From NCBI RefSeq assembly GCF_018336915.1, contig NZ_CP064923.1, positions 3,802,385 through 3,826,384 of the forward strand: a stretch of DNA of 24,000 nucleotides, in the 5' to 3' direction. The notes below the pieces were generated by a model. The model ran no database searches. It had not been told where the DNA came from and worked only from the letters and a program-made list of their open reading frames with translations. The translations under genes and the position numbers were made by a program. Source of the DNA: Acaryochloris marina S15 (GTDB taxonomy: Bacteria > Cyanobacteriota > Cyanobacteriia > Thermosynechococcales > Thermosynechococcaceae). The stretch's first letter is position 1, and every line of letters starts with the position of its first letter. This document shows, one piece after another, positions 19,225 through 24,000 of the stretch.

Positions 19225-20304
19225 TCACTGGGGATTAGATTTGTATCGGTAAGCTGGAAAAAACTGAACAGAGTTTAAATGATCAAGATCAATATTATGG
19301 GATTTTGAATGGGATTCAAGGAGCTGTTTATATTGTATCGGTTTAATGATAATAGATGCTGTATAAAACCCATGCCTTTGTTTCGAGAAATTCGCTTTAT
19401 ATTGATAAAGACCATCTTCCGTACATCCTACTCCTCCGCCTAAATGGAGCATGGTGTTACCGCGCTGCTTTGCCCACAAACTAGTTTGGTAAAACTCCAA
19501 GCTAGTGGGAGAAAGTTTTAATCCTTCAGGAGTTGTGCCCCCTAATAATCCTTGGACAATGCCAGAACATTCAGAATAGAGTCCAGCAGAAATTATTTTA
19601 TTTTGGTATTCAACAACACAGACAAATAGTTTATGACTAAGATGCTTTTGTAATAGATAAAAGTAATCTCGATTGAATGAAAAAAAGCTGGTCTCAGCCT
19701 CGACCCTCTGCATCGTGGCTTCATAGATATTACAAAATTCAGTGATGTATTCAGAAAATGGCTTGACCTTAGCTATTAACCCCAGTCGTTTACCTTTGTT
19801 GATTTTATTCCTCTGACTTTTATGGGTATGACTCCAAAGGTCTGATTCTGAAAGCTCTAAATTAATGGATACCGTTTGACCCACTTTTTTGATGAGAATG
19901 TCCTTCATCCCTTGGGGATGAACTGTATTGAGACTAGGGTGAAGGCGAAGAAATGCTGAGCAAATCCCCTGTTCTTTAGCTAAGTGGAGAAATTGCTGCC
20001 AAGCATTAGGTCTAAATGCTGCATCTTCTAAGGCTGCTGGACTGAGTAAAAATCCAGAATAACCATTGGGGGAAGTGATGTCATAAACTTTAGCGGATGC
20101 TGCTGGAATGGAATGGCAAGCACGTCTTAAATAGGGAATAAGACAGACTTTTTGCCCCTCTGTAATTAGGATTGCTTCTGGAATACTTTGGGTTCTTAGG
20201 GCCTCACAATATAGATATTCAGGTAAGTGATAAATGTCGTGAGCGAGGTGAGTCAGGGTGCCTGACCATAAGGGATCGCGCCAATCCAATACTTTTATTT
20301 TCAT
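19225..20304 (-). CDS. FemAB/GNAT-like acyl- or aminoacyltransferase, paralogue 1
   Basis: 359 aa, clearly homologous along its length to the 18088 gene (shared HDIYHLP, YSGF, ICSAFLRLHP, HLGGGVG, FSKQRHGFYT). Confidence 0.75.
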   Translation of the reverse strand: MKIKVLDWRDPLWSGTLTHLAHDIYHLPEYLYCEALRTQSIPEAILITEGQKVCLIPYLRRACHSIPAASAKVYDITSPNGYSGFLLSPAALEDAAFRPNAWQQFLHLAKEQGICSAFLRLHPSLNTVHPQGMKDILIKKVGQTVSINLELSESDLWSHTHKSQRNKINKGKRLGLIAKVKPFSEYITEFCNIYEATMQRVEAETSFFSFNRDYFYLLQKHLSHKLFVCVVEYQNKIISAGLYSECSGIVQGLLGGTTPEGLKLSPTSLEFYQTSLWAKQRGNTMLHLGGGVGCTEDGLYQYKANFSKQRHGFYTASIIIKPIQYKQLLESHSKSHNIDLDHLNSVQFFPAYRYKSNPQ

Positions 20305-20310
20305 TACTGA

Positions 20311-21231
20311 TTAAGATTCTGACCATAGTTCTGGAAATACATTCGGGTCACTAAAGTCTGGATCGTCGTTGGGGAGGGTTCGACAAAGCTGTTCGTCAAA
20401 CATATGAATGGCTTGACCTTTGTCATTCTTGTAAGGGCGATAGCGGTTGGAGGCATCTTGAAGATGCACTGCGATCGCAAGGCGGTTTCGTTGACTGTGG
20501 TTCGGGTAGCTGCCATGGATGGTCCAACAGTTATGGAAGCTGACTTGGCCTTTACGTAGGGTGAGGGGAATTTCTTTGATTGAATGATTAATGCCAAGCT
20601 GCTGGAGCTGTGTCGATAGGGTGGTTAGGTCAGTCTGACTAAAGCCTCGCAGATGCTCTAAGCCTGACCATTTATGACTGCCATCGATCACCACTAATGG
20701 CCCCATGTCAACATCGCAGTCATGGAAAGGAATCCAAGCAGTTAGCAGCTGATCAGAGGTACAGGTGGCCCAGTAAGCCCGATCGGCATGCCAACCGACG
20801 CTAGTTTGGGCGGTGTGATCCTGAGGGGGCTTGTAAACCAGTTGATCATCCAGGAGGCGGATTTGTTGAGTGCCCGCTAATTTTGCTGCAATTGCCCCCA
20901 CCATTGGCTGGAGTGCTAATTGCCTCAGGGCTTGACTTTGTAAAGACACAAATTCGTTATTGCGAATAGTGTCAAAGCCGTCACTGGGCTGCCAATTACT
21001 GTAGCCTTCGTTGACGGGAAGAACCGTATCACGCTCCCCCCGGTAGTAGCTTTCCGTGCCCGCGAGCGCTTGCTCAATAACGGTATCCGCAATGACGGGT
21101 TGAGAGATAAACCAGCCATGCTGACGATAGAAATCAACATCTTTGTCCGTGGGTAGCAGAGCCTGTTGCCGGGCACTTAAGGATTGATCCAGAGACTCCC
21201 ATTGCATAGTAGATAGGGCTTGAGGGCTCAT
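20311..21231 (-). CDS. Phytanoyl-CoA dioxygenase (PhyH) family Fe(II)/2-oxoglutarate oxygenase
   Basis: 306 aa; HxD motif in SVGWHADRAYW and distal metal/2OG motif TIHGSYPNHSQRNRLAIAVH. Confidence 0.88.
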   Translation of the reverse strand: MSPQALSTMQWESLDQSLSARQQALLPTDKDVDFYRQHGWFISQPVIADTVIEQALAGTESYYRGERDTVLPVNEGYSNWQPSDGFDTIRNNEFVSLQSQALRQLALQPMVGAIAAKLAGTQQIRLLDDQLVYKPPQDHTAQTSVGWHADRAYWATCTSDQLLTAWIPFHDCDVDMGPLVVIDGSHKWSGLEHLRGFSQTDLTTLSTQLQQLGINHSIKEIPLTLRKGQVSFHNCWTIHGSYPNHSQRNRLAIAVHLQDASNRYRPYKNDKGQAIHMFDEQLCRTLPNDDPDFSDPNVFPELWSES

Positions 21232-21863
21232 CGATCTAGGGTCCCCATAAACTCTTCTGAGGTCGCAAAGCCATCTTGATTAATGCCATCTCGCCGCAGC
21301 ACTTTCCACACCGTCAGAGCTAGGATTTTGCAATCGAGCCACAGAGACCAGTGGTCAATGTACCAAACATCCATCTCAAATTTAGATTCCCAACTAATGG
21401 CGTTGCGGCCGTTAATTTGAGCTAGTCCCGTAATCCCTGGTAATACTTCATGACGACGATTTTGTTCTGGGGTATAACGGTCAAGATACTCGACAATTAA
21501 GGGGCGAGGACCTACAAGACTCATATGCCCTAGAAACACATTCCACAATTGAGGCAGCTCGTCCAAACTTGTCTTGCGGATAAATTGGCCAAAGGGCGTC
21601 AACCGCTGTTCATCAGGAAGAAGTTGGCCATTACTATCCCGCTGATTAGTCATGGTACGGAATTTATAGAAGGTAAAAATTTGGCCATTTTTACCAGGGC
21701 GAGGTTGGGTGAACCAGGAGGGCCAACCCATCTTGATGCAGATTGCGATCCCAATGATCCCTAAAATGGGTGTGAGCAGGATAAGGGCCAACAACGCAAC
21801 TGTGCGATCAATAACCCACTTCGAAACAATCTGAATTTGGTGATGGACAGAGGAAGAAGCCAT
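21228..21863 (-). CDS. Bacterial sugar transferase (PglC/WcaJ-type phosphoglycosyl transferase)
   Basis: FYKFRTM, TSLDELPQLWNVFLGHMSLVGPRPL, LPGITGLAQINGRNAISWESKFEMDVWYIDHWSLWLDCKIL; stop overlaps next start by ATGA. ATG at 21863 preferred over TTG at 21872. Confidence 0.92.
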   Translation of the reverse strand: MASSSVHHQIQIVSKWVIDRTVALLALILLTPILGIIGIAICIKMGWPSWFTQPRPGKNGQIFTFYKFRTMTNQRDSNGQLLPDEQRLTPFGQFIRKTSLDELPQLWNVFLGHMSLVGPRPLIVEYLDRYTPEQNRRHEVLPGITGLAQINGRNAISWESKFEMDVWYIDHWSLWLDCKILALTVWKVLRRDGINQDGFATSEEFMGTLDR

Positions 21864-22821
21864 GATGATCAATCGTCAAAGTCGCTAAAAGATGAACGGA
21901 TTATCCTGGTAACTGATGTACCCCTCGTCTTGAGATTAGGAGTTAAACAATAAGATTCACTGATTCAACTGCTGTAGAAATATCTTTTGATTAAACCTGA
22001 ACAGATCTTTAGAAGAACTAATATTTTTGTAGATCAAAAAATATTAATTTATTTTTGGATTCAAGATGCTCATTAATCTTTGCATCAGTATAGTCCTTTA
22101 TGAAAAAAAATTGAACTAAATTGATACTGATGATAGTTAGCTTTTAGGAGTCGAAGAGAAAATCCTTTGTGCATATATCAATGGAGCCGGACATAATCGA
22201 AGTTAGTAAAGACCTGAATAACAACAGTGAAGTAGCTGTTGTTTGGCACTAACGTATGTGAAGCCATGGAGCGACTCTTATCATTCTCTATCGTTAGCAT
22301 AGAAAGTTTTGAAGCTATATATCTCTATTCCCTGATAAAGATGGATGGGCTCAAGAGGACAATTGTCAGCCATCGAAAATGATTATGTTCTCCAATCTCA
22401 AGTTAAGAGAGTCTGAGGTTGATTTCTATCGAGAAAGGAGAGGCGGTTTGACGGGGTGATGGCAGTTCAGAAGTGATCATTATCAATTGAATAGACAACT
22501 GCATGATTCCAAGTTTTTCTTATGCTTCAAAGTGTATAAGGGGCAAAGGTTAGCTACTTTTTATGCATTTTATAGATGTTTTGCATCCAACATCAAATTT
22601 TTTGTATGAAGCCAAGAACTGATCTTAATTGACCGTTAATGTCTCTCTGTTAATGAATATGGGACCCCCTTTCTCTGTTAACTTGTGTTCTGGGAGACGA
22701 ATGATCCTGATTGAGCCCAAGAACTTCTGGGAGATAAACCAACCTAGAAACCGTCACCTATAGTGGGAGAACATCAGAGCCTTAGGAGCCTGGTAAATCC
22801 TTCTCTGGACTGGGGGCATCT

Positions 22822-24000
22822 ATGTCTCGGCTATTAAAATCCAACCATCCTTTTCGTTTGCTTCTGTATTTGGAATGGATTTTGCTGGGGATTGCCCTAT
22901 TAACTTTGTTTGTGCCTTTCCCCCGCCATCATTTTCTGTTGCCCCACGTCATTCCAGGGCGAGGGTTGAGATTTCCCTTAGGGATATTGCTGAGTATTCT
23001 GACTCTGGCTGGTTTAGGGCTCAAATTGCCTATCCATCAATCCCAAAAGGTGAAGGCCTTCTATACCTGTCTGGGGCTATGTCTATGTTGGGCAACGGTG
23101 TTTATGGGGGGGCGGCTCCGAGACTACTTTATCCCGATGCTATTGATTGTGGTGATTCGGGCCTGCTTATTGTTTCCTTGGAAGCAGCGATTGATGGTTG
23201 CATCCGTTGCCTATGGCTCTTTTCTGGCCCGCTTAATGATGGGACCCCAACGTTTTCGTCCACCGCGATTGGGTCCTCCCCCCCCTTGGCGGGGCAGGGG
23301 ACTATCCCAAGAATTGGTGGCGAGTTTGCAGTTGCGGAGTGCCCTCTTATTTGGCTTGGTCTTGATCTTTGTATTGCTGATGGTGGGAGCGCTCTTAACG
23401 GAGCATCTCAGTCGAACAGAATTAGCATCTGCGAATCAGCGCCTGCGGAAATATGCCTTAATGATCGAAAATCAAGCTACCTTGCAGGAGCGGAACCGAA
23501 TTGCTCGCGAAATGCATGATTCCGTTGGCCATTCCCTAACGGCTCAAAGTATTCAGCTCGAAAATGTAGAGGTATGGATGGCCACTGATAGGGCTAAAGC
23601 TTCTGATCACTTGACGAAAGCCCGATCCCTCGGGAAAGACGCACTCCAAAATGTCCGGCATACCGTTGCTACCCTTCGTAATAACCCGCTAAAAGGTCAA
23701 TCCTTATCCCAAGCCCTCACCAAAATGACCCAGGAGTTTGAACGCACGACATCGATTCAGGTTCAATTCTCTACTCACCTAGAGACTCCGGTCCCTAGAG
23801 AAATGGCTGCAGCTCTCTATCGTTTGGTGCAAGAAGCCCTGACTAACGTTTCCAAGCACAGTGAAGCGACCCAGGTTACGATTAATTTGACTGAGCAGGA
23901 GATGGAGTTGTCTCTTAAGATTTCTGACAATGGCAAAGGATTTCTGCCGGGGAAAAATACGACGGGCTTTGGTCTTCAAGGGATGCAGGAACGGACAGTG
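22822..24000 (+). CDS. NarL-family sensor histidine kinase, 3' end beyond window
   Basis: Continuous frame from ATG 22822 to 24000: MSRLLKSNHPFRLLLYLEWILLGIALL..., several TM helices, NRIAREMHDSVGHSL (HisKA_3), YRLVQEALTNVSKHS (N box), DNGKGF (G1). Not in the track because it has no stop in the window. Confidence 0.92.
   Translation, partial: MSRLLKSNHPFRLLLYLEWILLGIALLTLFVPFPRHHFLLPHVIPGRGLRFPLGILLSILTLAGLGLKLPIHQSQKVKAFYTCLGLCLCWATVFMGGRLRDYFIPMLLIVVIRACLLFPWKQRLMVASVAYGSFLARLMMGPQRFRPPRLGPPPPWRGRGLSQELVASLQLRSALLFGLVLIFVLLMVGALLTEHLSRTELASANQRLRKYALMIENQATLQERNRIAREMHDSVGHSLTAQSIQLENVEVWMATDRAKASDHLTKARSLGKDALQNVRHTVATLRNNPLKGQSLSQALTKMTQEFERTTSIQVQFSTHLETPVPREMAAALYRLVQEALTNVSKHSEATQVTINLTEQEMELSLKISDNGKGFLPGKNTTGFGLQGMQERTV

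Larger units (their letters stand above)
542..20478. repeat. Dispersed HIP1 palindromes GCGATCGC
   Basis: Seen at 542, 988, 3619, 4748, 8930, 11990, 13685, 15736, 16797 and 20471. Confidence 0.9.

Noticed and set aside
542-20478. Recurrent GCGATCGC octamers as a mobile or CRISPR-like repeat
   Set aside because: They are irregularly spaced, isolated copies of the well-known cyanobacterial HIP1 palindrome.
22875-23519. 214-aa plus-strand ORF
   Set aside because: Out of frame with a continuous histidine kinase reading frame from 22822 that carries H, N and G boxes.
1-24000. CRISPR arrays, phage genes, restriction or toxin-antitoxin defence genes
   Set aside because: No regularly spaced repeats, spacers, transposases, integrases or defence-domain motifs were seen by eye.

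Overview
Cyanobacterial chromosomal window. The evidence is psbO, sigF, DUF3084/DUF3110 proteins and about ten HIP1 palindromes; it looks Acaryochloris-like, but I did not verify that. Likely content, left to right: 3'-truncated DUF3084 gene (-, missed by the ORF track), DUF3110 gene (-), giant TamB/DUF490 gene (+), pgsA (+), a small protein with a weak Crp-like HTH tail (+), a structured intergenic region with a strong terminator and a possible small RNA, psbO (+) with terminator, sigF (+), fmt (+), a convergently overlapping HSL-type alpha/beta hydrolase (-) and glycine-amidinotransferase-like gene (-), a noncoding stretch with a perfect 19-bp hairpin, a dCache-HAMP-GGDEF-EAL protein (+), a compact four-gene envelope/glycan-like operon (-; PglC/WcaJ-type sugar-phosphate transferase, PhyH dioxygenase, two tandem FemAB/GNAT-like transferases), a ~950-nt noncoding region, and a partial NarL-type sensor histidine kinase (+). 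No CRISPR array, tRNA/rRNA or intact transposase was seen. The best candidates for undescribed biology are the PGT-PhyH-FemAB-FemAB operon and the amidinotransferase/hydrolase pair.
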